In this document: positions 54,434 to 64,000 of the stretch, in pieces | Layout of the letters: each line of letters opens with the position of its first letter | Position numbering within the stretch: position 1 is the first letter of the stretch | Source of the DNA: a virus | DNA length: 64,000 nt | Reading direction: 5' to 3' (one strand) | Virus record (IMG/VR): IMGVR_UViG_3300028182_000001 | Coordinates: 1-64,000 of that record | Translations under genes and position numbers: made by a program | The notes under the pieces: generated by a model | The model's input: the letters and a program-made list of their open reading frames with translations, nothing else | Told to the model about the DNA's origin: nothing | Database searches by the model: none

Positions 54434-56671
54434 TTGACAACGATTGTTAAACGCTATCCCACATTCGAGATAGAGTTAATCACACAAGACACACCTTATA
54501 TCTTGAAGTACGATACACAGAAACAAATCTCACAGAAGACATTTGAAGAAGCAATTATATCCTTCAGTGTTAAGAATGCTATGGCAGATGATAGTCCTGC
54601 ATTCTCTCTAGTAATCTCTTCTAAAGAGAAGTGGGATAAGATTGTAAATGCGAATGATTTAATCCGTATCAAAGTGTTCCCTGATGTTACAAAGGGTGCT
54701 CCTGATAATCCGTACATCATGGTCGGTATGATTTCCGACATTAAGAAAGAGGGAGAGTACGGTAACGGGACATTATTATACCGTGTAACTGGACAAGCTA
54801 TGACAAAGGCTCTAATCAACTTTGACGTAGGGGTTATCCAAGAAGTAGCGACTATCATTCCTACTATCGGTTGGCTTCCTGATGATGCGGCCAATGGACT
54901 AAAGTTCTCTGCTAACAATGCGGCAGGTATCGGTAACGAACTGATGGAACGATTCATTTATAAGTACGCAGAGTATAAGTTTGCTAACGGTAAAGGACTG
55001 AGAGATTACTTAACTCATAGTTTCTCTAGTTGGACGGAAGATGAAACTCTAGCTGATCCGTCACCATTCATTAACTACCAAGGTAGTTTACGACAATTCT
55101 TAACGGACGTAACGGCAAAACCATTCAACGAACTATTCTTTGAATACACAAAGAATGGACAGTGTGTAGCTCTAATGAGACCGACACCATTCGACCCTGA
55201 TAAATGGGGGCAATTACCTCTGTATCGTTTCACAAGTGATATCGTAGTTCAAGAATCATTCGGTAAAAATGATAATGAAATGTTCTCTGTATTCGTAGTA
55301 CAGGCTCCTAACGTTAACGAGTTCAACAGTATGGACTTAGGTGTATTCCCTAAATTCCATCCTGAGCTAGTTAAACGATATGGCTATAAGCGTTTAGACG
55401 CTCAGAACCGTTATCTACTAACGGCAGGTGTCGCAGGTACCCAACAACCAGGAACGAACGCAGGAACGGGTACAGGGACTACTACACCGTCAGGAAATGG
55501 AACTGGAACAACAAATCCTACACCTGCGGTCCGAACAGAACCTGCAACTGCACAACCTAACTACGAGGAAGTAATTACATTCATTACACAGAATAAACTA
55601 CAAGACCCTGAGATGCTTAGACTTAAAAAGACTGAAGTGTACTCTCAGTTGGTAGGTCAGTTCCCATCAATGGCTCCTAGTCTAGTAAACGGTATTATCG
55701 ACTCATTGAAAGATGGTAAGTTTAGCCGAGAAATCTACACACAACTTGTAACTTCGGCAGGTGGAGGTAACAACGCTGAAGCCGCTAAAGAGAAGGGTGT
55801 AGCCAACGAAAAACTAAACAAGTACACACAAAGACTATTTAACTGGTACTGTGAGAACGCTAACTTCTATGCAGGAGATATTCGTGTATTAGGGAACCCT
55901 GCATATCGTGTGGGATCGCGAGTAATGTACGATGACTTTGAACAGGAGACTGTATGGGAGTTCTATCTAGAGTCTGTACAACATGAATTTAGTTTCCAAG
56001 GTGGCTATACTACTATATTAGGAGTAACAAGAGGTTTACCCGACCAAGGTGCAAAACGATTCAATAACCTATGGGGACAATCACAAGAGTTCAAAGGTGG
56101 ATACTTAGGTGAGAAATCGTTAGAGCAGTTAATCGAAGCAGGTAAAGCTGCTAACCCACCAGGAGGTACAGGTGGAACAGGCGGTACTGGTGGAGGAAAC
56201 TGGGGTGGTGGCTCAGGAAGTGGAGTTGCAATGCAAGCTCTAGCTACTGCACGAGAGATGACTTCTAAACCATCTGTATACGTGTTCGGTGGAGGTCGTT
56301 CAGGTAACAACCCATTCTTAAATTCCCCAATCAAAATTGACTGTTCATCATTCGTATGGTGGTGCTATAACGTACATGGTGTCCAGTTAAAAGGTGGAGC
56401 TACAGGGATGACTACAGACACGATTAAAACCGATCCGAGACTGCAACAAATTAGTGGTCGAGGTTCCGATAAAAAGCAAGCTATGAGTATGATACAGACT
56501 GGTGACATCATCTATTTCGATACGTATAAGCAGGATGGACATGTCGGAATCTATTCAGGTAACGGTAAGTTCATCGGTTCCCAAAGTACCCCAGGTATTC
56601 ATGAAGAGGATTTAAGTACGAGCTATTGGCAAAAAGTTTTTAATGGTCACGTACGTAGGTTTACAGGATAA
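54434..56671 (+). CDS. baseplate hub/tail lysin with NlpC/P60 domain
   Basis: YVFGG, IDCSSFV.W.Y, GDIIYF, GHVGIY. Confidence 0.85.
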   Translation: MTTIVKRYPTFEIELITQDTPYILKYDTQKQISQKTFEEAIISFSVKNAMADDSPAFSLVISSKEKWDKIVNANDLIRIKVFPDVTKGAPDNPYIMVGMISDIKKEGEYGNGTLLYRVTGQAMTKALINFDVGVIQEVATIIPTIGWLPDDAANGLKFSANNAAGIGNELMERFIYKYAEYKFANGKGLRDYLTHSFSSWTEDETLADPSPFINYQGSLRQFLTDVTAKPFNELFFEYTKNGQCVALMRPTPFDPDKWGQLPLYRFTSDIVVQESFGKNDNEMFSVFVVQAPNVNEFNSMDLGVFPKFHPELVKRYGYKRLDAQNRYLLTAGVAGTQQPGTNAGTGTGTTTPSGNGTGTTNPTPAVRTEPATAQPNYEEVITFITQNKLQDPEMLRLKKTEVYSQLVGQFPSMAPSLVNGIIDSLKDGKFSREIYTQLVTSAGGGNNAEAAKEKGVANEKLNKYTQRLFNWYCENANFYAGDIRVLGNPAYRVGSRVMYDDFEQETVWEFYLESVQHEFSFQGGYTTILGVTRGLPDQGAKRFNNLWGQSQEFKGGYLGEKSLEQLIEAGKAANPPGGTGGTGGTGGGNWGGGSGSGVAMQALATAREMTSKPSVYVFGGGRSGNNPFLNSPIKIDCSSFVWWCYNVHGVQLKGGATGMTTDTIKTDPRLQQISGRGSDKKQAMSMIQTGDIIYFDTYKQDGHVGIYSGNGKFIGSQSTPGIHEEDLSTSYWQKVFNGHVRRFTG

Positions 56672-56710
56672 AAATGTTATAATATAAAGGAAAGGTGGTA
56701 GAATTATATC

Positions 56711-58747
56711 GTGGAAGATTTTGACTACACACCACTGTCCTCTATGAGGTTTCAGGCTCAACTAGGATCAGAAGTTAAACGTATGTACAAAGAGGGGGAG
56801 AGCGTAATTAAGCTCTCTCTTGCTAGGGTTACAAAAGTTAACTACAAATACAATACAGTCGAAGTTATGACAACATTACATAAAAACTCAACAGCAAAAA
56901 ACCCGAGTGATAACGGAAGATACTCTGCTAGATTACCAGTTGTGTTCGGTGGACAAACACCTGACGGAAAAGTATACGGTTCTAATACAATCGTTACAGT
57001 CGGATCGTTAGTCTTAATTGGGTTCCTAGAAGGTAACAAAGACCACCCGATTGTTCTAAACATCTATGGTGATGCAGACAATCAATCTATGTTAACACGT
57101 ACAACGATGACAGGTGGAGACGAGTCGGACGAAGCAGTACAACGTGAACTATGGCAGTTATTCACTCTATACCCTTCTATGACATATCAGAACATTGATG
57201 GTCGAGGGAATAAAGAAGTAACGTTCTCAGGTAAATCGTTTTTATACATTACAGATACAGACCCTGGAAACGAATACGTTCAAGATGGACAGTTCGATTA
57301 CATGGACTTACCTAGCTCCCGTTATGCGAACGGTGAATTAATCGAACCAGTATCTCCTCAGTCTCCTACTGTATTATACGTCCATCAAGGGGTGTATGAC
57401 AACCACAGAGTTACATTCTTCTTAAAATCGGATGGAACTCTTCGTGTAGGTAGTAGACATAGAAACGGTAAAGGGATTACATACCAAGAAATGAAAACTG
57501 ACGGATCGTTCTCTATTGTGCAGAAGCACGATACAACAGACCCTGAAGAGATTTCTAAAAAGTTTTCTAAGTTTGAAATTTCAGAAAACGGTGACGTTAC
57601 GATCCAATCTATCGACCACAAGTTAAGCATCACAAAAGATGGTGTCTTAATTGACGGGAAACCAATCGGTTCAGGTGGTGGAGGGGGAGACCTTGAAATC
57701 ATTAAAGACCTACAAGAAAAAGTAGAGGGCGTAACCACTCAGGTAACAATGGTAAACGGTAAGCTAGAGTTCAAGATTGATAAGGTTGAAATCGAGATAG
57801 ACTTGGATAGTTTGCGACAAGAGCAAGAGAAGATGCTAGACAGTATTCGTGAGAAGCTAGATGGACTTACTAGTGCTTTAGCAGCTATGAAAGACTATAC
57901 GATTCCTGCATTCGAGGACGGTACCGTTACTACAGATGAGAAGAACAAAGTTAACAGTCTTCTAGCTACTGTAAAAAACGAGAAAGCGAAGCTAGATGAA
58001 AAATATAGTCAAGTTATTTCTGACCCGTTCCTACCAGCTACATATAAAGACTTACTGGGCATAGCAAAAGGTAACTTAGATAGTAGACACCAAGCGCTAT
58101 TAAATACGATAGAGATTGTTATGTTAGATGGGGTTATCACTCCTGATGAACGTATAGCAGTTGCTCAAGCATTCGATGGGTATAACCAGTCTATCGAAGC
58201 AATGGACGTAGCTTTTAAACAAGCAATGGACTCTATCTTAGAAGCTCGTATTAGAGAAGCACAAGAGAATGCTATGAAGTACCGAGATACAGAGATGCGT
58301 AAAATCGGTTCACAGATTACGCAACTAGCAGACTCTATTACGGCTAAGGTAAGCTCGGAACAATTGTCAAAAGAGATAGAAGACGTTCGTTCTGAAATGG
58401 CTACAAAGGAAGAACAGAAAGAAATTAAGGACACATTGGAACAAGCACAGAAGGACATTGACGAAGCCGTAACAAACCTTCCGTATCGAATTGAGTTGGG
58501 TAGCACCAACGGACTTATCTTCAAGAACAATAGTGTCGATACAGTCCTATACGCAAAGGTATACAAAGGTAAAGAGGAAATTACATCGCAGATTGAAAAA
58601 TCACAATTTATTTGGCAACGTGTATCGGAAGAAGGTACAGGTGATGACGAATGGAATGCGGCCCACAGAGGTATAGGTAGTTCCTTTAAGGCTACACAAG
58701 ATGATGTCCCGAAGAGGGCAACATTCTCATGTGACTTGGACATTTAA
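56711..58747 (+). CDS. baseplate/tail spike-like protein
   Basis: LARVTKVNY...TVEV, G..VLIGFLEG....PIVL OB-like N-terminus; coiled-coil C-terminus. Confidence 0.65.
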   Translation: MEDFDYTPLSSMRFQAQLGSEVKRMYKEGESVIKLSLARVTKVNYKYNTVEVMTTLHKNSTAKNPSDNGRYSARLPVVFGGQTPDGKVYGSNTIVTVGSLVLIGFLEGNKDHPIVLNIYGDADNQSMLTRTTMTGGDESDEAVQRELWQLFTLYPSMTYQNIDGRGNKEVTFSGKSFLYITDTDPGNEYVQDGQFDYMDLPSSRYANGELIEPVSPQSPTVLYVHQGVYDNHRVTFFLKSDGTLRVGSRHRNGKGITYQEMKTDGSFSIVQKHDTTDPEEISKKFSKFEISENGDVTIQSIDHKLSITKDGVLIDGKPIGSGGGGGDLEIIKDLQEKVEGVTTQVTMVNGKLEFKIDKVEIEIDLDSLRQEQEKMLDSIREKLDGLTSALAAMKDYTIPAFEDGTVTTDEKNKVNSLLATVKNEKAKLDEKYSQVISDPFLPATYKDLLGIAKGNLDSRHQALLNTIEIVMLDGVITPDERIAVAQAFDGYNQSIEAMDVAFKQAMDSILEARIREAQENAMKYRDTEMRKIGSQITQLADSITAKVSSEQLSKEIEDVRSEMATKEEQKEIKDTLEQAQKDIDEAVTNLPYRIELGSTNGLIFKNNSVDTVLYAKVYKGKEEITSQIEKSQFIWQRVSEEGTGDDEWNAAHRGIGSSFKATQDDVPKRATFSCDLDI

Positions 58748-58767
58748 ACAGGAGAGGGAGAGATTGA

Positions 58768-60177
58768 ATGGTAGTTAGAGCAACAGGTCAGATAACCCTT
58801 ACTGACGTAAACGATGCTAAACAGTTAGTCTTATATTTAAACAGTAATTACAAAACACAGATTTACGATCCAAACGGAGCAACATCATATACACCACACT
58901 TCCCAACTTCTAACCTAGTAATGACTCCTGAGTTATACGTAGCAGGTGGTAATGGTGGTAACATGCTACCATCGGCAGCAATCAAGTCACTATTTTGGTA
59001 TGAAGGTTCCCAAACGGTTACACCTTTAGCCGAGACAGGTTCAGGGACAACACCTAGTGGTTTAACTTACTCACTACCAACAGGGGCAGTAGGGACGACT
59101 GCAAAGCCGTTAACGATTAAGTCTAACCTAGGTTCTTCAACAACTTCACAATTATTTACATGTGTGGTTACATACCTAGACCCTGACTTACAGATGGAAA
59201 CAACGCTAAAAGCTAGTATTGACATCATCAAAATCGTAAACGGTACGGCAGGTTCTAACGGGGTTGACTCTTACTACCTAAACCTTTGGGCACCAGGTGG
59301 AGATGCTATCCGTAACAGTAATGGTAACTTAACATTAAAGGCTGATATGTACAAAGGTGCAGGTGCAGTTACACCTACTGCTTACCAGTGGTATATCCAA
59401 GACCCTACGGCTACAGTCGGTGGAGGAGGAGACGCAGACGGTGGAGCAGGTTGGAGACGTATTAACAACGTTGCAGACCCAACTGCGGCCCCAACGTTAG
59501 CACTAGTTGCTAATGCAAGTTCACAACTAGCACCTGCAACGTACTTCGTTAAGTACACATGGTGTGGGCTATCAGGGGAAACAATCGGATCGGCACAAGC
59601 TCAGTTAGCCGTAACCGCAGGTAACGATTTAAGAGTTACAATCCCTGCTTTCGCAACGAACGTTACAATGGCTAAAGTGTATATCGGTACTGTATCAGGA
59701 ACTCTATTCTACGCAGGAGATATTACAACAAGTGCAGGTAACTTAGTCGTTAAACGTTACGACAACACGGCTGAACCGATTCCAACTTCTTCTAGTACGA
59801 GTATGAACGTGGCACAAATCACGATCCGTAACTGGGCTATCCCAGGTGTTAAAGGATTCAAGTGTGTAACTACTGTAGCAGGTACAAGTACGAAGTTCAC
59901 GGCAGTTATTGTTGTACGTGACTTCCAAGACCCGTTAGTAGTTAACATCATCGGTACAAACGTATTCAAGAACGGACAAGGCTCTCTAACAATGAATGCA
60001 CAATTGATTCAATCGGGTCTAGTAATCTCGAATACAGGTTACACATTCGGATGGTCGTTGTACAAGCCTGATGGTAACTTAATCAAGACGTACCCTGCTG
60101 TAACAGGAGACCAAATTACAGTACCAAGTACAGATGTAGACGCTACGGCTAACTTAGTAGTGGACGCATCTAAGTAG
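58768..60177 (+). CDS. tail-associated Ig-like beta protein
   Basis: ATGQITLTDVND start; T/G/A-rich beta composition. Confidence 0.65.
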   Translation: MVVRATGQITLTDVNDAKQLVLYLNSNYKTQIYDPNGATSYTPHFPTSNLVMTPELYVAGGNGGNMLPSAAIKSLFWYEGSQTVTPLAETGSGTTPSGLTYSLPTGAVGTTAKPLTIKSNLGSSTTSQLFTCVVTYLDPDLQMETTLKASIDIIKIVNGTAGSNGVDSYYLNLWAPGGDAIRNSNGNLTLKADMYKGAGAVTPTAYQWYIQDPTATVGGGGDADGGAGWRRINNVADPTAAPTLALVANASSQLAPATYFVKYTWCGLSGETIGSAQAQLAVTAGNDLRVTIPAFATNVTMAKVYIGTVSGTLFYAGDITTSAGNLVVKRYDNTAEPIPTSSSTSMNVAQITIRNWAIPGVKGFKCVTTVAGTSTKFTAVIVVRDFQDPLVVNIIGTNVFKNGQGSLTMNAQLIQSGLVISNTGYTFGWSLYKPDGNLIKTYPAVTGDQITVPSTDVDATANLVVDASK

Positions 60178-60216
60178 TTAAGCTCGTATTATATTATAAT
60201 AGAGATAGGTAAGACA

Positions 60217-60248
60217 AAGGAACTTAGCGATAAGTTCCTTTTATTTTT
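60217..60248 (+). terminator. intrinsic terminator
   Basis: AAGGAACTTA-GCGA-TAAGTTCCTT plus T-tract. Confidence 0.8.
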
Positions 60249-60264
60249 AGAAGGATGTGATTAA

Positions 60265-63200
60265 ATGGCAAAGTACAAAGCTACAGGTCAGACGACTATT
60301 TATAATATGAACGATGTACTTGCATCGCTAACTCCACCACCGACACCTACAGAAGGTGCTCTATGGTTGAATGCAAAAGATAATCAATTATATGTTTACA
60401 TAAAAGGTTCTTGGGTAATTTCTGCCGATTACAAAAACTGGGTGAACTCTAAAGGGGATAACCTTGTATCTAACGGTGGAGGTTCTTTAGGAAATAACAC
60501 CAACTTCAGTGTGTTCGAATTTGACGGATCGGACTCTTATTCAGGAGGAGGTTCATTCAAGGATAGTGGGGCCGCAAGTCAGAAACTATCTGATGAGATT
60601 ATCCCTATCGACATGAGTAAAACGTACAAGCTATCTGTGTGGGCTAAAACGAACCCTAACGTAGGAGCTAAATATTACATTGGTGTGTTCGAACATGATA
60701 TGGATGGTCAACCTATTTATGCAGAGCATCATATGTACATTAAGAGTACATTCTCTTCATTAACGCAGGATTTAAAGAACGGGGATACAGTCGTATACCT
60801 AGACAATGTAACAAACTGGTTAAACACTGCGGCCATTCACCAAAGAAAACTAATCTTTTGGGACTACGTAAGTAATACGGGTTACAAATACCAACCATTA
60901 ACTTATTCTCGACACGTATCAATTCAAGACTTGTGGGCAGATGGCTCTATTAACACGACTAACAAAACGATTACATTGAAGGCTCCTTGGAACGGTGGTC
61001 TAGTTAAGTCAGGTACTAAGTTAAGTCAAGGTAGTAGTGGCTCAGGGTTCAAGTACATTGCGGCATCTAACGTAGTCATACCTGGTACTTGGACAAACTA
61101 CTCAGGTACTATCGGTAATTTAGATAACTCAGGAGATGCTGCAACAAATAGTTTCTCATGGGGTACTGCTGGTGTAAAAATCGGGTTCTTAAACAACCGT
61201 GACGTTACAGGAAGTACTGTATGGTACTCTAATATTAGTTTCGGTCTTAACGTTGCAGACCAAGGGCAAGTGGATCAGATTAGCGACTCTCTAGATGCGT
61301 TAGGTAGCGATGGTAAGATTACTCGTTTCGAACGTAGCTTAGTCCGTGGGTATATCGCAGATATTATTGGTAAATTCTTGAATCCTGCCGACTCTATGCC
61401 TACACTATTGGACATTGACAAGGATACATACAACGCAGGTAAACTGTATGCGATCCGTAGAACTGCACGTAAGATTGGGTTAAACCTAGCTACGAGTGCA
61501 AACTACAAACCAATGGGTGATGCGTATTCCGCTTTAGTAACATACTTGTCAGGACTATCTCCTAAACCTTGGGATACTAGCTCGACTGCAAACATCAACA
61601 TCGACAGAACCGTGTGGAACACGAAATGGAATGACTACTACAACCGTTACGCTCTATTCGAAATCGAGGTTCAGGATCGTCAGAAAGAGTACACGGAACA
61701 AAAAGTAGGAGAAATGAAAGACGAGACGATTGCGGCCATTAGTACGGCAGGTAATCACGATACTGTTAACTACACTAACCCTGTAACTGTTAAACCACCT
61801 ATTGCGACTTTGGGACTCCCTGAATTTGAGGGTAATCATACGGATAGTTGGGAATTACCTGGTCAAAACTTAATACCTAAGACAGACACAAAAGTTTACG
61901 GACTAGGTAACTTCATCACTAATGGTAGCCCGTTAAGTATAGACAACACAAAGGTGTACGATGGGAAACCGACAATAAAAATAGACACGACAACGAGTAT
62001 AGGGGGAATTAAATACAACGGTTTCATTCCGTTGAAACCTAACACTACCTATACTTATAGCGTTATGATGAATCCTACGGTTTCTCCTGTGACTAGCAGT
62101 AGTAGCCCTATGCACATGTGGTTAAGTCCAGATGGTATAAACTCAGGTCACTTAGAAACTATCGTAAAATACTCGACAACTATACCTGCAAATACGTGGA
62201 CACAGGTATACTCAACATTCAAAACACCTAATGGTTTACCTGTACTTTATTGGTGTCCATTCATTTACTTCTCAGGTAGCCCTGTAGGTGCTATAGTCAA
62301 TGTCTGTAATTTCAAGTTAGAGTTAGGAGACACTGCGAACTCTTGGGCACCTATGCCTAGCGAAATGTGGGCAGGGTCGGGAAACCGTATCCGTCCTGTA
62401 ACAAACCCGTTATTCACTAGCGGAACAGACCTTACTATTTGGGGTAAATTCTACGGGGATGGGACGAATAATGATAAGTTCTACTGGAACACAAATGGTG
62501 TAGCTATTAAAGAGAAAAAATGGATGGATGTTGCTCTTAATGATAAGCAGAACTGGGCGTTCTCTACCAACGGTCTATCGACTAACGGAGTCAACAGAAT
62601 CCTAAACTCTAGTTGTAACAACATGCAACCTTACATGTTTGACAATTCGAGTACAGGAGGTACAGTAGGTCGAGCTACAACAAGTTACGCAGGAGACTAT
62701 CTTGTGCTAACATCTACAGACGCAAGTGATAGTTTCTACCAAGTCGGTACATACGACATGAATTTACACATGTTCACTGTAGGGCAGACAGTTACATTCT
62801 CAGCAGATGTAAACTGTGAAATTGCAGGAGCGTATATTTCTGTTTGGCATAATGACGGAACAAACTGGATTGAGAACAAAGGGGACGCTAACTCTGTAGG
62901 ATCAGCTAACACATGGCAACGTCTGTATAAGACATTTACGATCCCAAGTAACGCAAAAGGGATGTTCGGACGTATTTACTTCCCTAGAGGTACGGCAGCT
63001 ACAGGTAAGAAAATGAACATCCGTAAACTACAGTTCGAGTCAGGAAGTACTGCAACACCTTGGGTTAACACGAGTCTTGTAAAAGTAACTCGTGTAAGAG
63101 CTGATGGTTTTGCGTATGCCAACGCAAACAGTAATTCACTAACAGTAGTTAAATCTGATGGGACGATATTAGATAAGGACGGGCAACTACACGCAAACAC

Positions 63201-64000
63201 ATACTCAACTAGTGGAACTCTTGATAAAATTTGGCTTTCTATTGACAACAACGATAGTGGTTGGGCTGAAGCGTATAGTCCTAGCAAGGAGGATATTAAT
63301 GCTTACTTCTTAGGTTGGAGAGTATGTAATGGTACCTTCGGAGGTCTGTATCCAGGCTCAGGAACTAAGCAGTGGTACCCAGTGGGAGACAAAGATTTAT
63401 CTCGTGCTACTGTAGCAGGTAACACGGCTCCAACAGAACCATCACCTTCAATCAGTGATAAGTCTATCAACTACTACCAAGTTGTCTACCAACTTGTGGA
63501 CGCAGTTCAGGAGACAGTTGATTTTGATGGTATACTAGAGTTATTGGCAAGTGACAACGTTGTAAGTACATACTTCCCTCAGTGGACTCCACCAATCACA
63601 AAAGGGACTATCAAGTATGGTACGAACTTAGCTACAGTCAACCAAGACACACGTTACATCATCCCGTCTATGGTAAAACGTATCTCTAATGCAGAGCAAA
63701 AGATTACAGATGACTCTATCACGAGTACCGTATTCAACTCAAGAGAATACACTCTAGCTCTGAAGAACAAAGCAAACGCTAGTGACTTAGGGAACCTTGC
63801 TACTAAAGACGAACTAGGGAACGTATCAGGTGCAGTAGATGGTAAGATTAAAGATGCTATGGACAAGCTAGACTTCACTCCGTACGCATTGAAATCTGAG
63901 TTGAAACAAACTGCTACAGACATCACGGCTAAGTTCTCTGCAACAGGCGGTATGAACTTACTTAAAAACTCTATCGGTTACAGTGACCTAGACTTTTGGA
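60265..64000 (+). CDS. large tail fibre/receptor-binding protein with carbohydrate-binding-like modules (runs past window end; absent from ORF track)
   Basis: ATG after AAGGATG; MAKYKATGQTTIYN...; same frame reads LKQTATDITAKF...GGMNLLKNS at 63901; KLELG..A..W.P and QFESGS.ATPW motifs. Confidence 0.8.
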   Translation, partial: MAKYKATGQTTIYNMNDVLASLTPPPTPTEGALWLNAKDNQLYVYIKGSWVISADYKNWVNSKGDNLVSNGGGSLGNNTNFSVFEFDGSDSYSGGGSFKDSGAASQKLSDEIIPIDMSKTYKLSVWAKTNPNVGAKYYIGVFEHDMDGQPIYAEHHMYIKSTFSSLTQDLKNGDTVVYLDNVTNWLNTAAIHQRKLIFWDYVSNTGYKYQPLTYSRHVSIQDLWADGSINTTNKTITLKAPWNGGLVKSGTKLSQGSSGSGFKYIAASNVVIPGTWTNYSGTIGNLDNSGDAATNSFSWGTAGVKIGFLNNRDVTGSTVWYSNISFGLNVADQGQVDQISDSLDALGSDGKITRFERSLVRGYIADIIGKFLNPADSMPTLLDIDKDTYNAGKLYAIRRTARKIGLNLATSANYKPMGDAYSALVTYLSGLSPKPWDTSSTANINIDRTVWNTKWNDYYNRYALFEIEVQDRQKEYTEQKVGEMKDETIAAISTAGNHDTVNYTNPVTVKPPIATLGLPEFEGNHTDSWELPGQNLIPKTDTKVYGLGNFITNGSPLSIDNTKVYDGKPTIKIDTTTSIGGIKYNGFIPLKPNTTYTYSVMMNPTVSPVTSSSSPMHMWLSPDGINSGHLETIVKYSTTIPANTWTQVYSTFKTPNGLPVLYWCPFIYFSGSPVGAIVNVCNFKLELGDTANSWAPMPSEMWAGSGNRIRPVTNPLFTSGTDLTIWGKFYGDGTNNDKFYWNTNGVAIKEKKWMDVALNDKQNWAFSTNGLSTNGVNRILNSSCNNMQPYMFDNSSTGGTVGRATTSYAGDYLVLTSTDASDSFYQVGTYDMNLHMFTVGQTVTFSADVNCEIAGAYISVWHNDGTNWIENKGDANSVGSANTWQRLYKTFTIPSNAKGMFGRIYFPRGTAATGKKMNIRKLQFESGSTATPWVNTSLVKVTRVRADGFAYANANSNSLTVVKSDGTILDKDGQLHANTYSTSGTLDKIWLSIDNNDSGWAEAYSPSKEDINAYFLGWRVCNGTFGGLYPGSGTKQWYPVGDKDLSRATVAGNTAPTEPSPSISDKSINYYQVVYQLVDAVQETVDFDGILELLASDNVVSTYFPQWTPPITKGTIKYGTNLATVNQDTRYIIPSMVKRISNAEQKITDDSITSTVFNSREYTLALKNKANASDLGNLATKDELGNVSGAVDGKIKDAMDKLDFTPYALKSELKQTATDITAKFSATGGMNLLKNSIGYSDLDFW

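Overview
A 64-kb segment of a large, strictly lytic-looking Bacillus myovirus (Herelleviridae, Bastillevirinae-like; gene order, ~20 tRNAs and an Amidase_3+SH3 endolysin resemble B. cereus-group phages of the Bc431v3 type). Layout: (i) 1-1.4 kb, end of a rightward gene run; (ii) ~1.6-7.3 kb, AT-rich cassette of small acidic early genes behind strong sigma-A promoters, probably the long terminal repeat/host-takeover region; (iii) 7.6-26.5 kb, leftward arm with a YhbH-like vWA protein, RtcB, a DUF2829/Tad2-like protein, DHFR, dNMP kinase, ThyA, a PcfJ-like protein, PhoH, endolysin and terminase; (iv) 27.9-28.9 kb, XRE regulator and an iteron-rich AT-rich putative origin at the strand switch; (v) 29.1-32.7 kb, a tRNA operon (20 tRNA genes plus a pseudo-tRNA) containing several non-tRNA structured RNAs and ending in a coiled-coil protein gene followed by a ~365-nt structured, repeat-containing ncRNA; (vi) 32.7-64 kb, virion morphogenesis (portal to tail fibre). 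Best candidate for an undescribed system: the protein plus structured RNA pair at 31.6-32.7 kb. Other notable signals: a TTGTTG-N9-CAACAA dyad over six early -35 boxes, GGCC sites found only where they overlap CCGC, a triple WalR-type box before a YocH-like 3D gene, and a TCC-TTT-CGA +1 frameshift candidate in the tail chaperone. All calls were made by eye from the sequence; no database searches were run.
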